DNA of 47,627 nt from Hyphomicrobiales bacterium (GCA_025356765.1 JANXRO010000205.1:1-47627); one strand, 5' to 3'. Positions 17,816 through 32,307 are shown, numbered from the stretch's first letter. The notes: generated from the letters alone by a model not told the origin. Numbers and translations: made by a program.

Positions 17816-19711
17816 TTAACGCAGTGCCAGCTTTGTAACTTCCTCGAACACGCTGACGGATTGTGCCGGACAGCCATCAAGCGGTGAAGAGCAGTAAAGC
17901 CTTTTCCACGTATAGCCTTTTTGGGACAATAGAGCCAACTGATGCAACTGGGTTGAGCCATTGGCAACCACAGCACAGCGCTTTTCGGGGCCAATAAAAA
18001 GCAGGCCTAAAAACCGTTGATTGGGATTTGACCATTTTATGGGCTCGCCATGTTCATCAAACCAACTGGCTTCAACAAAGCCCAGCTTTTCGTTGCCGCT
18101 GAGAATGCGATCACTCTGAAAAAGATTTAACCGTTGGCGCAGCGCAAACAAATTGCTGATATGGGCGGCAAGTTCCTGATCTCGGTTTTTCCAATTCAAC
18201 CATGTGGTGGAATTGTCTTGGGCATAAGCGTTGTTATTGCCTTTTTGAGTGCGGCCAAATTCGTCGCCCGCCGTTAACATTGGTGTTCCGCGCGAAAGAA
18301 AAAGCGTGGCAAGCAACGCCTCTACGTTGCCGCCGATAAATGTGACTTCGCCATTTTTGCCATCACGATTATCTTCGCCATTGGCCAAATTATTCTTTTC
18401 AGAATAGAGCGTCAGGTCTTTCATCGTAAAACCATCATGGGCCGCTATAAAATTAATGCCGCGCGACGGTTTAGAAAAAATGTCGGCTGATCCCGCGATG
18501 CGCGTTGCCAAATTATTTACAGAAAATTGATCGCCGCGCCAGAAGCGCCTTATATCATCTCGAAATTTGTCATTCCATTCTTGCCAGCGCGGCGGAAAGT
18601 TGCCGAGTTGATAACCGCCGGGGCCAATGTCCCATGGTTCTGCAATCATAATGCAGGTTGAAAGAACGTCGTCATTTTCAATGGCCTTGAAAAGAGGAGC
18701 ATCAGCATGAAAACCATCGGGCTGTCTGCCCATGATGCTTGCGAGATCAAATCGAAATCCATCAACACCTGCTTTTAAAACCCAATGGCGCAATGATGCG
18801 ATGACCAGCTCGACCACATTTGGGTGGTTTAATGCCAAGGTGTTGCCGCAGCCTGTGTCGTTGATCAACTCGCCATTGGCTTGGGCATAGTAGGTGCAAT
18901 TGTCGAGGCCGCGAAAACAAAGCGTTGGGCCGAATTGATCGCTTTCTCCAGTATGATTGAGAACCACATCCATGATGACGCGAAAATCATGTTGATGCAG
19001 TGTAGCAATTGTTTCACGTAACATATTGAAACCGTGAGGTTCTATCTTCGCTTCAAGGGCTGTGAATTGAATGGGGTTATAGCCCCAGGCATTTGTTAGT
19101 TTGTGCGGTTGCAAATGGCGTTCGTCAATCCATGCGGTGATTGGCATCAACTCAATTGTGTCAACGCCTAGTGTTTTGAGGTGTTCAATGATGACAGGTT
19201 CTTGCAACGCTGAAATTGTGCCGCGCTTTTTTGGTGGCACTTGCGGATGCAATTTACTGAATGCCTTGACGGGCAATTCATAAATAAATTCTGGTTTGCG
19301 ATATGACGGCCTGACAACATCTGACCATAGATTTTCAACCACGCATTTTGGCACGCATAGAGCTGTGTCAACGCCACGCTGGCTCAACCGATCGTCATAG
19401 ACAAAAGGGCCATCAAGTGTTGCGGCTAGCGGATCAACTAACAGTTTTGAAACATCAAAGCGATGGCCCTGAGTTGGTTGCCACGGCCCATCGGCGCGCA
19501 AACCATAGCGTGTTCCGGCGGATATATTTTCAACCCACGCAAAATGAATATCACCGCTGCGTTCAGTCAGCTCAATGCGGCGGGTTTCCTTCTCAGCATC
19601 GAAAATGCAGATGAAAATTTTCGTGGCATATTTGGAAAAGACAGCAACATTTGCGCCGTCTTTACCCAAAGTCACTCCTAAGGGTGATGGTTGTCCAGTT
19701 TTCTTAGGCAT
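17816..19711 (-). CDS. glgX: Glycogen debranching enzyme
   Basis: WGYNP, DVVLNHT, DGFRFDLA, AEPWD, AHDGFT, NNNAYAQDN. Confidence 0.93.
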   Translation of the reverse strand: MPKKTGQPSPLGVTLGKDGANVAVFSKYATKIFICIFDAEKETRRIELTERSGDIHFAWVENISAGTRYGLRADGPWQPTQGHRFDVSKLLVDPLAATLDGPFVYDDRLSQRGVDTALCVPKCVVENLWSDVVRPSYRKPEFIYELPVKAFSKLHPQVPPKKRGTISALQEPVIIEHLKTLGVDTIELMPITAWIDERHLQPHKLTNAWGYNPIQFTALEAKIEPHGFNMLRETIATLHQHDFRVIMDVVLNHTGESDQFGPTLCFRGLDNCTYYAQANGELINDTGCGNTLALNHPNVVELVIASLRHWVLKAGVDGFRFDLASIMGRQPDGFHADAPLFKAIENDDVLSTCIMIAEPWDIGPGGYQLGNFPPRWQEWNDKFRDDIRRFWRGDQFSVNNLATRIAGSADIFSKPSRGINFIAAHDGFTMKDLTLYSEKNNLANGEDNRDGKNGEVTFIGGNVEALLATLFLSRGTPMLTAGDEFGRTQKGNNNAYAQDNSTTWLNWKNRDQELAAHISNLFALRQRLNLFQSDRILSGNEKLGFVEASWFDEHGEPIKWSNPNQRFLGLLFIGPEKRCAVVANGSTQLHQLALLSQKGYTWKRLYCSSPLDGCPAQSVSVFEEVTKLALR

Positions 19712-19718
19712 GTGCGTG

Positions 19719-22759
<3,041 letters not shown>

Positions 22760-22760
22760 G

Positions 22761-24023
22761 TCAGACCAATTGATCAATCATCGGCTGGGTGATTAAACAA
22801 ATGCCTTTTTCGCTGCGGCGGAAACGTTTGGCATCCAACACAGGGTCTTGGCCCACGATCAGCCCTTCAGGAATTTGCACACTTGAATCGATGATTACTT
22901 TTGTCAGGCTGGCATTGCGGCCAATTTCAACATTGGGCAAAATGACAGCATCTTCCAAACTGGAAAATGAATTCACTCTGACATTGGTGAAAAGCAAAGC
23001 CCGTTTGATCGACGCGCCTGAAACAATGCAGCCACCAGAAACCAATGACGCGATGGCACTGCCGCGACGGCCTTCAAGATCGTGGACGAATTTTGCTGGT
23101 GGTGTCACTTCGCCATACGTCCAGATTGGCCAATCACGATCATAAAGATCCAATGCGGGCAACGTATCCGTCAAATCAATATTGGCTTCCCAATAGGCGT
23201 CAATGGTTCCGGCATCACGCCAATAGGCATGCTTTTCCAAAGGCGAGCGCACGCAAGATTTCGAGAACCGATGCGCCACAGCTTTGCCGCTTTTTACAAC
23301 ATAGGGAATGATGTCTTTGCCAAAGTCGCGCGATGAATTTGGGTCTGCCGCATCACGGCGTAGCAAGCCGGCCAAAAATTTCGTTTCAAAAACATAAATA
23401 CCCATGGAAGCCAATGCTATGTCTGGGTTGCCGGGAATGGCTGGTGGATCTTTGGGTTTTTCCACAAATGCCGTAATGACGTCGTGTTCATCGACGGCTA
23501 AAACACCAAAGCCTGTGGCTTCCATGCGCGGAACTTCCAGCACACCGATTGTTACATCGGCTGCAGAATCCACATGCTGTTGCAACATTGGTTCATAGTC
23601 TTGCTTATAAATGTGATCGCCAGCAAGGATGACGATATATTTAACATTATAAGTCTCGATGATATCTAGGTTTTGATAAACCGCATCTGCGGTTCCAGCA
23701 TACCATTGATCTTCAGAAACGCGTTGGCTTGCGGGGAGAATATCAAAACTTTCATTACGCTCTGTGCGAAAGAAGTTCCAACCGCGCGTCAAATGGCGAA
23801 TTAAACTGTGGGCCTTATATTGAGTAGCAACACCGATGCGCCGAATGCCTGAGTTCATCGCATTGGAAAGTGCAAAATCAATAATGCGCGATTTGCCACC
23901 AAAAGGCACGGCTGGTTTTGCACGTCTGTCGGTTAATTCCATCAGGCGGCTTCCCCGGCCTCCGGCCAAAACATAAGCCATTGTATCTCTGGCCAGTGGG
24001 CCTGACTTTTTTTGTTCACTCAT
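22761..24023 (-). CDS. glgC: Glucose-1-phosphate adenylyltransferase
   Basis: [31 protein letters not shown]. Confidence 0.97.
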   Translation of the reverse strand: MSEQKKSGPLARDTMAYVLAGGRGSRLMELTDRRAKPAVPFGGKSRIIDFALSNAMNSGIRRIGVATQYKAHSLIRHLTRGWNFFRTERNESFDILPASQRVSEDQWYAGTADAVYQNLDIIETYNVKYIVILAGDHIYKQDYEPMLQQHVDSAADVTIGVLEVPRMEATGFGVLAVDEHDVITAFVEKPKDPPAIPGNPDIALASMGIYVFETKFLAGLLRRDAADPNSSRDFGKDIIPYVVKSGKAVAHRFSKSCVRSPLEKHAYWRDAGTIDAYWEANIDLTDTLPALDLYDRDWPIWTYGEVTPPAKFVHDLEGRRGSAIASLVSGGCIVSGASIKRALLFTNVRVNSFSSLEDAVILPNVEIGRNASLTKVIIDSSVQIPEGLIVGQDPVLDAKRFRRSEKGICLITQPMIDQLV

Positions 24024-24044
24024 AACAACACTCCCGGACGTTTA

Positions 24045-26237
24045 TTATTTTTCGAATCTGAACATCACTGTGGCCAAGGGTGGAAGTGTAATCAAAGCAG
24101 ATGCAGGTTTTCCGTGCGAAGGTTCTTTTGTGCCTTCAATTTTTCCCTGATTTCCTTTGCCTGTCCCCCAATAAGTTTCAGCGTCGCTGTTAAAGACTTC
24201 ACACCAAGTTCCATGCTTTGGCAAGGGCAGGCGGTAATTTTCGCGCACAACAGATGTGAAATTTGAAATCGCCACCACTGGGCTCTGGCCATCGCCTGAA
24301 TGACGCACCCAAGCAAACACCGAGTTTTCAGCATCATCACCAATCAACCATTCAAAACCCTCTGGCTCGCAATCACGCGCATAAAGTGCTGGGGAAGATT
24401 GATAGAGATGGTTTAAATCACGCAACATGGTTTGCATGCCTTTATGCGGGCCATGCTGCAGCAAATTCCAATCAAGCGATTGCGTGTGGTTCCATTCTGT
24501 CCACGGGGCCATTTCTTGGCCCATGAATAAAAGCTTCTTTCCAGGATAGGCCCACATAAAGGCCAAATACGCGCGCAAGGTTGCAAATTTCTGCCAATCA
24601 TCGCCCGACATTTTTGCCAGCAGTGAGCCTTTTCCATGCACCACTTCATCATGCGAAAGCGGCAAAACGAAATTTTCGGTGAAGGCGTAAAGCAAACCAA
24701 ACGTCAGATCATTGTGGTGGTGTTTGCGATAAACTCCCTCACGCTGCATATATTGCAACGTGTCGTGCATGAAGCCCATGTTCCATTTGAAACCAAAGCC
24801 AAGGCCGCCCACGCTTGTTGGTTTTGAAACGCCTGGGAAGGCTGTCGACTCTTCGGCGATGGTCATAATGCCGGGGTGTTGGCCATAGGTTTCGTGGTTC
24901 ATGCGTTGAAGGAAGGCAATGGCTTCCAAATTTTCACGACCACCAAATTGGTTGGGGATCCATTCGCCCTCTTTGCGGCTGTAATCCAGATAGAGCATCG
25001 AGGCTACGGCATCCACGCGCAAACCATCTAAATGATAACGTTCAAGCCAGAACAATGCATTGTTCAACAGAAAACTTTGCACTTCTTTGCGGCCGAAATT
25101 ATAGATCGCGGTGTTCCAATCGGGGTGGAAACCTTGGCGCGGATCAGCATGTTCATAAAGTGCTGTGCCATCAAAGTTTGAAAGGCCGTGTTGATCTGTT
25201 GGAAAATGCGCTGGCACCCAATCTAAAATAATGCCGATGCCAGCGGCATGGGCTTTATCAACAAAATCAGCAAATCCTTCCGGGTCGCCAAAACGTGATG
25301 TTGGCGCAAACAAGCCTGTGGGTTGATAGCCCCACGATGGATCATAAGGATGTTCGCTTACCGGCAACAATTCGATGTGGGTGAAGCCCATGTCTTTGAC
25401 ATAGGCTACAAGCTGGTCAGCCAGCTCGGCATAAGTTAAGAACTTGTCGCCTTCATTTTTGCGCCAAGAGCCTAAGTGCACTTCATAAATGCTGATGGGC
25501 ACGCGGCGTTTGTCTGGCGCCACACGGGCTTTTAAATAGTCAGCATCTGTCCACTTAAAATGATCAGTGCGGGTGATGCGAGAGGCCGTGTTGGGGCGCA
25601 GTTCTGCGGCAAAACCATAGGGATCGGACTTCAGATGAAGGCCATCGTGAACGTCGATAATTTCATATTTATAGCCTTGGCCCAACTTCGCGCCCGGCAC
25701 GAAAATTTCCCACACACCAACGTCCATGCGTTTGCGCATGACGTGCAGGCGGCCATCCCATTGGTTAAAATCACCCACCACCGAAACGCGTTTTGCATTT
25801 GGTGCCCACACAGCAAAATGAACACCAGCAACGCCATCCATCGTTAAAGGATGTGCACCCAACTTATCATAAAGCTTAAGGTGATTGCCCTCGGCCATAA
25901 AATAATCATCTTGGGGGCCAAGCACCGGCCCTATTGAATAAGCATCAAGCACCGTCCATGAGCCGGTAGAATTGGCGCATTGATATTGAATGGTTTGTTG
26001 CTGGGAAGCTTTTACTTTGCCTTCAAAAAAGCCCGCTTTGTGCACGCGTGTAAGTTCGCCCAATGGCTTGCCATCTTGTGATTGCGCTTGAACAGTTTCA
26101 GCACCAGGAATAAAGGCGCGTGCCACAAATGATTTGCCCACCGGATGCAAACCCAATACAGAAAATGGGTTATCGTGCCTGCCATTTACAATGGCTTCGA
26201 TTTCGGGGCCGCTCGTTTTCCACTTCGGTTCGGCCAT
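24045..26237 (-). CDS. glgB: 1,4-alpha-glucan branching enzyme
   Basis: FAVWAPNA, YEVHLGSW, SWGYQ, GLRVDAVASM, AEEST, LSHDEVVHGK. Confidence 0.97.
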   Translation of the reverse strand: MAEPKWKTSGPEIEAIVNGRHDNPFSVLGLHPVGKSFVARAFIPGAETVQAQSQDGKPLGELTRVHKAGFFEGKVKASQQQTIQYQCANSTGSWTVLDAYSIGPVLGPQDDYFMAEGNHLKLYDKLGAHPLTMDGVAGVHFAVWAPNAKRVSVVGDFNQWDGRLHVMRKRMDVGVWEIFVPGAKLGQGYKYEIIDVHDGLHLKSDPYGFAAELRPNTASRITRTDHFKWTDADYLKARVAPDKRRVPISIYEVHLGSWRKNEGDKFLTYAELADQLVAYVKDMGFTHIELLPVSEHPYDPSWGYQPTGLFAPTSRFGDPEGFADFVDKAHAAGIGIILDWVPAHFPTDQHGLSNFDGTALYEHADPRQGFHPDWNTAIYNFGRKEVQSFLLNNALFWLERYHLDGLRVDAVASMLYLDYSRKEGEWIPNQFGGRENLEAIAFLQRMNHETYGQHPGIMTIAEESTAFPGVSKPTSVGGLGFGFKWNMGFMHDTLQYMQREGVYRKHHHNDLTFGLLYAFTENFVLPLSHDEVVHGKGSLLAKMSGDDWQKFATLRAYLAFMWAYPGKKLLFMGQEMAPWTEWNHTQSLDWNLLQHGPHKGMQTMLRDLNHLYQSSPALYARDCEPEGFEWLIGDDAENSVFAWVRHSGDGQSPVVAISNFTSVVRENYRLPLPKHGTWCEVFNSDAETYWGTGKGNQGKIEGTKEPSHGKPASALITLPPLATVMFRFEK

Positions 26238-26250
26238 TTCCGTTCAACCC

Positions 26251-28674
26251 TTAGCCCGCAGGCACTTTCCAAATATCACGCGCATATTCACGTATCGTAC
26301 GGTCTGATGAGAACCAGCCCATGTGAACGCTATTCTGAATCGCTTGATGCGTCCAGTCCCTTTGCGTAGCCCACAACGCATCAACCTTGCGCTGCGTTGC
26401 AGCATAGCTGTCAAAGTCAGAACCGACCATGAACCAATCACCGTTGTAAATTGAATCTACAATCGGACGATAAAGATTAACGTCACCATCGCTGAATTCA
26501 CCCAATGATAAAGCCTGCAAAACGGCTTTTAGTTTTGTGGAACTATCAACAATTGCACGGCCATCAATGCCCTTGGCGCGGCGTGCCTCAACTTCATCTG
26601 CTGTTAAACCAAAAATGAATATGTTGTCGGCACCCACGTGTTCGCGCATTTCAACATTGGCACCATCCAATGTTCCAATCGTCAGCGCACCATTCAACGC
26701 GAACTTCATATTGCCTGTGCCAGAAGCTTCCATGCCCGCAGTTGAAATTTGTTCAGAAAGATCAGTGGCAGGCACAATCACCTCAGCCAAGCTGACGTTA
26801 TAGTTTGCCATGAAAACAACTTTCAATGCGCCTTTTATGCTGGCGTCGTTGTTCACCACGTTGGCCACATCGTTGATCAATTTAATAATCAGTTTTGCCT
26901 GGAAGTAAGATGCCGCAGCTTTACCCGCAAATATTTTAACTCGCGGCGCAAATTTCGTGCCGGGATTTGCTTTCATAATTTGATAAAGCGAAATCGTTTC
27001 CAAAATATTCAAAAGCTGGCGTTTATATTCATGCAACCGCTTCACTTGCACGTCGAACATGGCGGTTGGATCAACATCAATATCGTTGGTTTTTTTAATC
27101 AGTGCAGCGAGTGTTTTTTTATTATTCAACTTGATGTCAGCAAACTTTTTCATAAAAGCGGCCTCGCCCGATTTGGGGCCAGCCCGTGACAGCAGTTCAG
27201 CATTATCAAGAGACTCTGGCCCTGCTGCTTGCGTTAACAGTTTTGAAAGTTCGGGATTAACGCCGCGCAACCAGCGACGTGGCGTAATGCCGTTGGTTTT
27301 GTTGTTGATGCGGTTTGGATAAAGTGCGTGCAAATCTTTAAACACGTTTTTCTTCATCAGTTCGGTATGCAAAGCTGAAACCCCGTTCACGCTGTGTGAA
27401 CCCGCAAATGCCAATTGTGCCATGCGTACACGTTTTGCGCCGTGTTCATCGATCAATGAAACTGAAGCCACATATTCGGGGGTCGAACCCATCATGTTGC
27501 GGGCACGAACAATCATCTGATCATTGATGGCATAAATGATTTGCAAGTGACGCGGCAACATGCGTTCGAATAATTGCAACGGCCAACTTTCCAAAGCTTC
27601 AGAAAGCAGCGTATGGTTTGTATAGCTCATTACACCTTGGGTAATTTCCCAAGCTTTGCTCCATGCCACTTTATGATCATCCACCAAAAGGCGCATCAAT
27701 TCGGCAATGGCAATGGCAGGATGTGAATCATTAATTTGAACCGCAGCTTTTTCTGTCAGGTTCAATACATCTGGATATTGCTGCAAATGGCGTCGGATGA
27801 TGTCTTGCAATGATGCTGACGAGAAGAAATATTCTTGGCGCAAACGCAGTTCTTGGCCCGCGGGTGTTGAGTCCGATGGATAAAGCACGCGCGTAATAGT
27901 TTCGGCGCGGGTTTGCCCTGAAAGGGCGCCAGCAAAATCGCCGCGATTAAATTGTTCGAGTTGCAAAGGATCAACCGGGCGTGCCGACCACAGGCGCAGC
28001 GTATTCACACGCTTGGCGCGCCAGCCCACCATGGGAACATCAAAGGCCGTTGCCAGCATCACTTCATCAGGCTGCCACTTTCCATGGGGCATTCCATCTG
28101 CATCTTTTTCGGCGGTGGCCACGCCGCCGAACTGAATTTTATAGGCGGCTTCACGTCTGGCAAATTCCCATGGGTTGCCGTTCACCAACCAATCTTCTGG
28201 CGCTTCAACCTGCCAACCGTCTTTAATAAGCTGGCGGAACAAGCCGTTGTTATATCGAATGCCATAGCCATAAGCAGGAATGTTCAAGCTGGCCATGCTT
28301 TCCATGAAACATGCGGCCAAGCGACCAAGGCCGCCATTGCCCAAAGCTGCGTCAGGCTCCAGCATTTCAGCGAGATTAAGATCAACACCAAGGTTTTTAA
28401 GCGCAGCCTCATAGTTTTGGGTGATGTCGAGGTTGCTCAACGCATCGCGCAGCAATCGACCGATCAAAAATTCGAGTGAAAGATAATAGACGCGCTTGGC
28501 TTGGGCCTTATAGGCTTCTCGTGTTGACTCCATCCAGCGATCAATAATCTGGTCGCGTAATGTTAAAATAACTGCATTCAACCAATCATGGGGCTTAGCT
28601 GCCGGTTGGTCTTTGCCGATGGAATATTTTAGCTTTGCAACGATATCAGTTTGAAGTTTTTCGATTGTGTTCAT
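26251..28674 (-). CDS. glgP: Glycogen/maltodextrin phosphorylase
   Basis: LGNGGLGRLAACF, KRLHEYKRQ, EASGTGNMKF. Confidence 0.97.
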   Translation of the reverse strand: MNTIEKLQTDIVAKLKYSIGKDQPAAKPHDWLNAVILTLRDQIIDRWMESTREAYKAQAKRVYYLSLEFLIGRLLRDALSNLDITQNYEAALKNLGVDLNLAEMLEPDAALGNGGLGRLAACFMESMASLNIPAYGYGIRYNNGLFRQLIKDGWQVEAPEDWLVNGNPWEFARREAAYKIQFGGVATAEKDADGMPHGKWQPDEVMLATAFDVPMVGWRAKRVNTLRLWSARPVDPLQLEQFNRGDFAGALSGQTRAETITRVLYPSDSTPAGQELRLRQEYFFSSASLQDIIRRHLQQYPDVLNLTEKAAVQINDSHPAIAIAELMRLLVDDHKVAWSKAWEITQGVMSYTNHTLLSEALESWPLQLFERMLPRHLQIIYAINDQMIVRARNMMGSTPEYVASVSLIDEHGAKRVRMAQLAFAGSHSVNGVSALHTELMKKNVFKDLHALYPNRINNKTNGITPRRWLRGVNPELSKLLTQAAGPESLDNAELLSRAGPKSGEAAFMKKFADIKLNNKKTLAALIKKTNDIDVDPTAMFDVQVKRLHEYKRQLLNILETISLYQIMKANPGTKFAPRVKIFAGKAAASYFQAKLIIKLINDVANVVNNDASIKGALKVVFMANYNVSLAEVIVPATDLSEQISTAGMEASGTGNMKFALNGALTIGTLDGANVEMREHVGADNIFIFGLTADEVEARRAKGIDGRAIVDSSTKLKAVLQALSLGEFSDGDVNLYRPIVDSIYNGDWFMVGSDFDSYAATQRKVDALWATQRDWTHQAIQNSVHMGWFSSDRTIREYARDIWKVPAG

Positions 28675-28808
28675 GCGTGAAAGAAGCCTGCCGATTTGCG
28701 CTATTGCGAGATTGAATTATCAAGTGAAAGATTCGCCAGCGTAAATCAAGTGGTAATCCACCCTCTAAAAAGCTTGGCCAGATGTGCCTAAAATTAGTGC
28801 ATTTCGTA

Positions 28809-29735
28809 TCAGTCGTTCATGCCCCGCTGAAGCGCCTTGATGCGTTGGGCCAAAGAAATAACATTCGCCATGGCTCCTGATTTCTTGGGCGCATGCGCTG
28901 GGCCAGGCACTACTTTGTCTGCGCCAGTGCTGTTGGCCAGCATTGCATCAAGTTCTTCTAATTCACGCTGAATGGCTTTTGCGCTTGCTTCGGTTTCATC
29001 GAATTGATTTTGCAAATTCGCATGAAGTGTTTCGGTTTCCAACGCCACCGAAGTTTCTGGTGGTGGAGCAATTTTCTGTTCTGTTTGCCTTGTCATATCT
29101 GCAGAAATTGATGTGAGTTCAGCCACGCGTTGCATCAAACGATTTTCCGGGGTTGGTGCAACCACAACCGAAGTTGGTTGTTTCAAATTTAATGCGGTGC
29201 GCAATTCTTCATTTAAATTGCCAACCAGCGCATTTTTATCACGCAGATTAATGCTGAGTTGCCGGAAAGAGTCTTGAAGTTTGGTCAATTCGGTTTCCTT
29301 GCGGCCCGCCTCTGCCATCAAGTTTTCGATGGTCTGATTTGAAGCCAACAAATCTGATTGATAGACTTCGAGTTGATTTTTCACGCTCGATAATTCATCT
29401 TCTCGCTGTTTCAAGGCATCATCTTTGCCTTCCAAGTCTTGCAGTAAAGATTGAACGCGATTGCGGTTGCGCGACACTTCGGCCATTTGCTCTGTCATCC
29501 GCGCTTTTATGTCGTCTAATCGAAGTTCAAGCTTCCTTGCCATTACGGCATGTTCAGCACGTAACCGGTCACGATCAGCCTGCAGTTCCAGCATGGCAAC
29601 GGGTACTTGCTTTGCGCTCCGCCTTGCGCCCGCACGGGCGGCAACGTTCCAGAAAACACGCCCGAACAAAAGAAAAAATACAAAGGTTAGGGCTGAACCC
29701 AGCGCTAAAACCATAAGGGTCTCGATTTGAGACAT
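28809..29735 (-). CDS. Membrane-anchored coiled-coil protein
   Basis: N-terminal TM then long heptad-rich region; start at ATG 29735. Confidence 0.7.
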   Translation of the reverse strand: MSQIETLMVLALGSALTFVFFLLFGRVFWNVAARAGARRSAKQVPVAMLELQADRDRLRAEHAVMARKLELRLDDIKARMTEQMAEVSRNRNRVQSLLQDLEGKDDALKQREDELSSVKNQLEVYQSDLLASNQTIENLMAEAGRKETELTKLQDSFRQLSINLRDKNALVGNLNEELRTALNLKQPTSVVVAPTPENRLMQRVAELTSISADMTRQTEQKIAPPPETSVALETETLHANLQNQFDETEASAKAIQRELEELDAMLANSTGADKVVPGPAHAPKKSGAMANVISLAQRIKALQRGMND

Positions 29736-29903
29736 TACACCACCTACATTTGTCCACGCACGTTCTTGCAACTTCGCAAAGCAAGAAGTGTTCCAGACTG
29801 GTGTTGTTAACCTATTTCAACGCGGTTTGCGATGGCGGATGGGCATTTTTTGAAATTAATTTATGCCCATCGCACAGGAGATATCGTTCAGGCAATATCT
29901 CGG

Positions 29904-30503
29904 TCAGAACGGATTCCAAGTATTGCGCGGCGTATATTTCAAATACCCAATATTTGCGCCAAGCCTTGCGCCAACCCCGGTGCGGATGGGTGCTAAGGTA
30001 ATATCGTCTTTACGTTGAAAATTCACGCCCAAACCGCCCACAAGGTAGGCAGAACCTTCAACGCCGCCAAAGCGCGTATAAAGATCTTCTGGCGATTGTG
30101 AATTATAGACCAGCGTTAAAGTGCGTGAGCCATTGCCGCCAAAATCAAAGCCAACTGATGGGCCTTGCCAGAAAATGTGCTTTTTGACACCGTTCTTATA
30201 ATAGATGGTGCCTTCACCATAGCGCAGGCCGCCTATAAATGCGCCAGAACCCTCTTCGCCCACGATGTAGGCCGTTGGCTGACCCTGTGATTGAAAGACA
30301 TATTCAACGGCTTCTGCAATGCCGCGCGATGTTTTGCCAAAGAATTGGTGGCCTTGGGCAATAATTTCATCGGGCGTATAGGTGTTTGAAGACTGTGGTG
30401 CCTTTGAAATAGAACCCGGATAAATCGTTTTCGCCATTGCCGGAACTGCGCCAGCACTTAAAGCCAACACCAATGCAATTTTTGAAATTGTTTTAAAAAT
30501 CAT
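29904..30503 (-). CDS. eipA: Envelope integrity protein EipA (DUF1134)
   Basis: GEEGSGAFIGGLRYGEG, WQGPSVGFDFG, PIRTGVGARLG, TWNPF; signal peptide from ATG 30503; near chpT. Confidence 0.88.
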   Translation of the reverse strand: MIFKTISKIALVLALSAGAVPAMAKTIYPGSISKAPQSSNTYTPDEIIAQGHQFFGKTSRGIAEAVEYVFQSQGQPTAYIVGEEGSGAFIGGLRYGEGTIYYKNGVKKHIFWQGPSVGFDFGGNGSRTLTLVYNSQSPEDLYTRFGGVEGSAYLVGGLGVNFQRKDDITLAPIRTGVGARLGANIGYLKYTPRNTWNPF

Positions 30504-30627
30504 AGATTTTACCTCATTCACAAGCCCCGAAATATAAACGCCGAATAGGGCGCCAACAGGGCAAAAATCCGTCCGAGACGTGGTTTTGTCATGGATGGCT
30601 TTCAACTTGGTTAATGGATTACAAATA

Positions 30628-31407
30628 TTAGGACTTGCCGCGTGCAATGAAAGCGCCGTTGGCGAAGGAATGATCGACTTTGCCATATAAAAACGCATCG
30701 TCTGTGGGTTGCGTTACGCTGCCGCCAGCGGCGCAAAGAACGGCATGGCCAGCGGCTGTGTCCCATTCCATTGTGCGACCAAAACGTGGATAAAGATCGG
30801 CCATGCCCGACGCGATGCGGCAGAATTTGAGCGACGATCCGGCGTTTATCAATTTTTCAACTTTTGTTTGAGCGATAAAGTTTTCGGTGTCTTTGTCTAA
30901 ATGCGAACGGCTTGCCAAAACTGTGGCACCTGTTGTGGGCAGGGCGCGCGCTGATATCTCAGTGAACGATGCGGCGTTGAAAGGCTGATCAACAAGAAGG
31001 TTTGTCTGAAACGCACCCACGCCAATTTGACCAATATAAAGTTCACCCAAAGCTGGGGCATAAACCACACCCATGATGGGATGGCATTTTTCGATCAATC
31101 CAATATTCACGGTGAATTCGCCATTGCGTGAGATAAATTCTTTGGTGCCGTCTAGTGGGTCCACCAGATAAAAAGCGTCGCCGATTTTAGTTTGTTTGCC
31201 CGCTGCCATTTGTTCTTCAGCGACTACGGGCAATGCATTGCCCAGCCGTTTCAATATAATTGCTTCAGCAACTTCGTCTGCGGCGGTGACAGGAGACTGA
31301 TCGGATTTCAATTCAGATTTAAAATCCGAGTTGTAAATTTCCATAATCGCTTTGCCTGCATCATGGGCAATTTGGGCGAGATTCAAAAGCTGTGCTGAGG
31401 GAGTCAT
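30628..31407 (-). CDS. cysQ: 3'(2'),5'-bisphosphate nucleotidase
   Basis: SPVTAAD, VDPLDGTKEF, GSSLKF, TMEWDTAAG. Confidence 0.93.
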   Translation of the reverse strand: MTPSAQLLNLAQIAHDAGKAIMEIYNSDFKSELKSDQSPVTAADEVAEAIILKRLGNALPVVAEEQMAAGKQTKIGDAFYLVDPLDGTKEFISRNGEFTVNIGLIEKCHPIMGVVYAPALGELYIGQIGVGAFQTNLLVDQPFNAASFTEISARALPTTGATVLASRSHLDKDTENFIAQTKVEKLINAGSSLKFCRIASGMADLYPRFGRTMEWDTAAGHAVLCAAGGSVTQPTDDAFLYGKVDHSFANGAFIARGKS

Positions 31408-31505
31408 AGACACTCTCATCATCGCAAAGCTGTGTTTCGTCAATCAGGAAAACTTTTGCGAAGTTTGTTATAGAGAAGTTACACGAATCACTTTTGGGGC
31501 TTGCC

Positions 31506-32162
31506 ATGACCGGACATTTGCGACTTTCTGACCTTGATCTTGCGGCCTTGCTGTGTTCGCGCGTTTGCCATGATGTCATTTCACCTGTTGGTGCCATTGC
31601 CAATGGATTGGAGTTGATGGACGATCCTGAAACGGATGCAGAAATGAAAGCTACGGCTTTTGATATGATTAAATCTTCAGCCAAAACAGCAACAGCAAAA
31701 TTGAAATTTTGTCGCATTGCCTTTGGTGCTGCGGGGTCTGCTGGCTCTTTGATTGATATGACAGAGGCAGGTGAAGTTGCGCGCGGTTTTGTGGGTGAAG
31801 AAAAAGTGAAGTTGGAATGGCTGGCACCACGTGAAAACCGCCCAAAGCAAGAAGTGAAGCTTCTTTTGAATATGTTGTTGTTGGCAATTGCGGGTATCCC
31901 GCGCGGTGGCGTGGTGACAGTTGCCGTTGAGGGGCGGAATTTTTCTGTGAAGGCAACAGGTGAACGCGCTAAAATTAACGAAGGCTTGGCTTCTGCATTG
32001 GCTGGCACAGCTGACCAAGCATCGTTTGATGCGCGCTTAATCCAACCCTATTATGCGCGTGTTTTGGCGCAGGCAGCCGGATTGAACATCGCCATGGTAA
32101 TGGAAACTGCCGATACAGTTGCCGTTACTGCTGTGCCACTTGAAGAAACAGCAGCGGCTTAA
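31506..32162 (+). CDS. chpT: Histidine phosphotransferase ChpT
   Basis: LLCSRVCHDVISPVGAIANGLEL, FCRIAFGAAGSAG, IQPYY. Confidence 0.93.
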   Translation: MTGHLRLSDLDLAALLCSRVCHDVISPVGAIANGLELMDDPETDAEMKATAFDMIKSSAKTATAKLKFCRIAFGAAGSAGSLIDMTEAGEVARGFVGEEKVKLEWLAPRENRPKQEVKLLLNMLLLAIAGIPRGGVVTVAVEGRNFSVKATGERAKINEGLASALAGTADQASFDARLIQPYYARVLAQAAGLNIAMVMETADTVAVTAVPLEETAAA

Positions 32163-32307
32163 TTCAATTTTTACGCATTAAAAAAAGCTGTTCTTAACGA
32201 TCCGATCAAGCAGTGTGAATTTAATAAAATTTTACTACAACGCGTAAGCGGTTGTGCAGGGTTGTAAGGCTATCGGTTTCCCAACAAGAAAATAGGGAAG
32301 TCGTTAA

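Noticed and set aside
31361-32008. 215-aa antisense ORF over chpT
   Set aside because: Shadow frame with Ser/Pro/Ala-biased translation typical of antisense reading
32221-32236. CtrA box upstream of the RTX gene (TTAA-N7-TTAC)
   Set aside because: Weak match within a very AT-rich stretch; not distinguishable from chance
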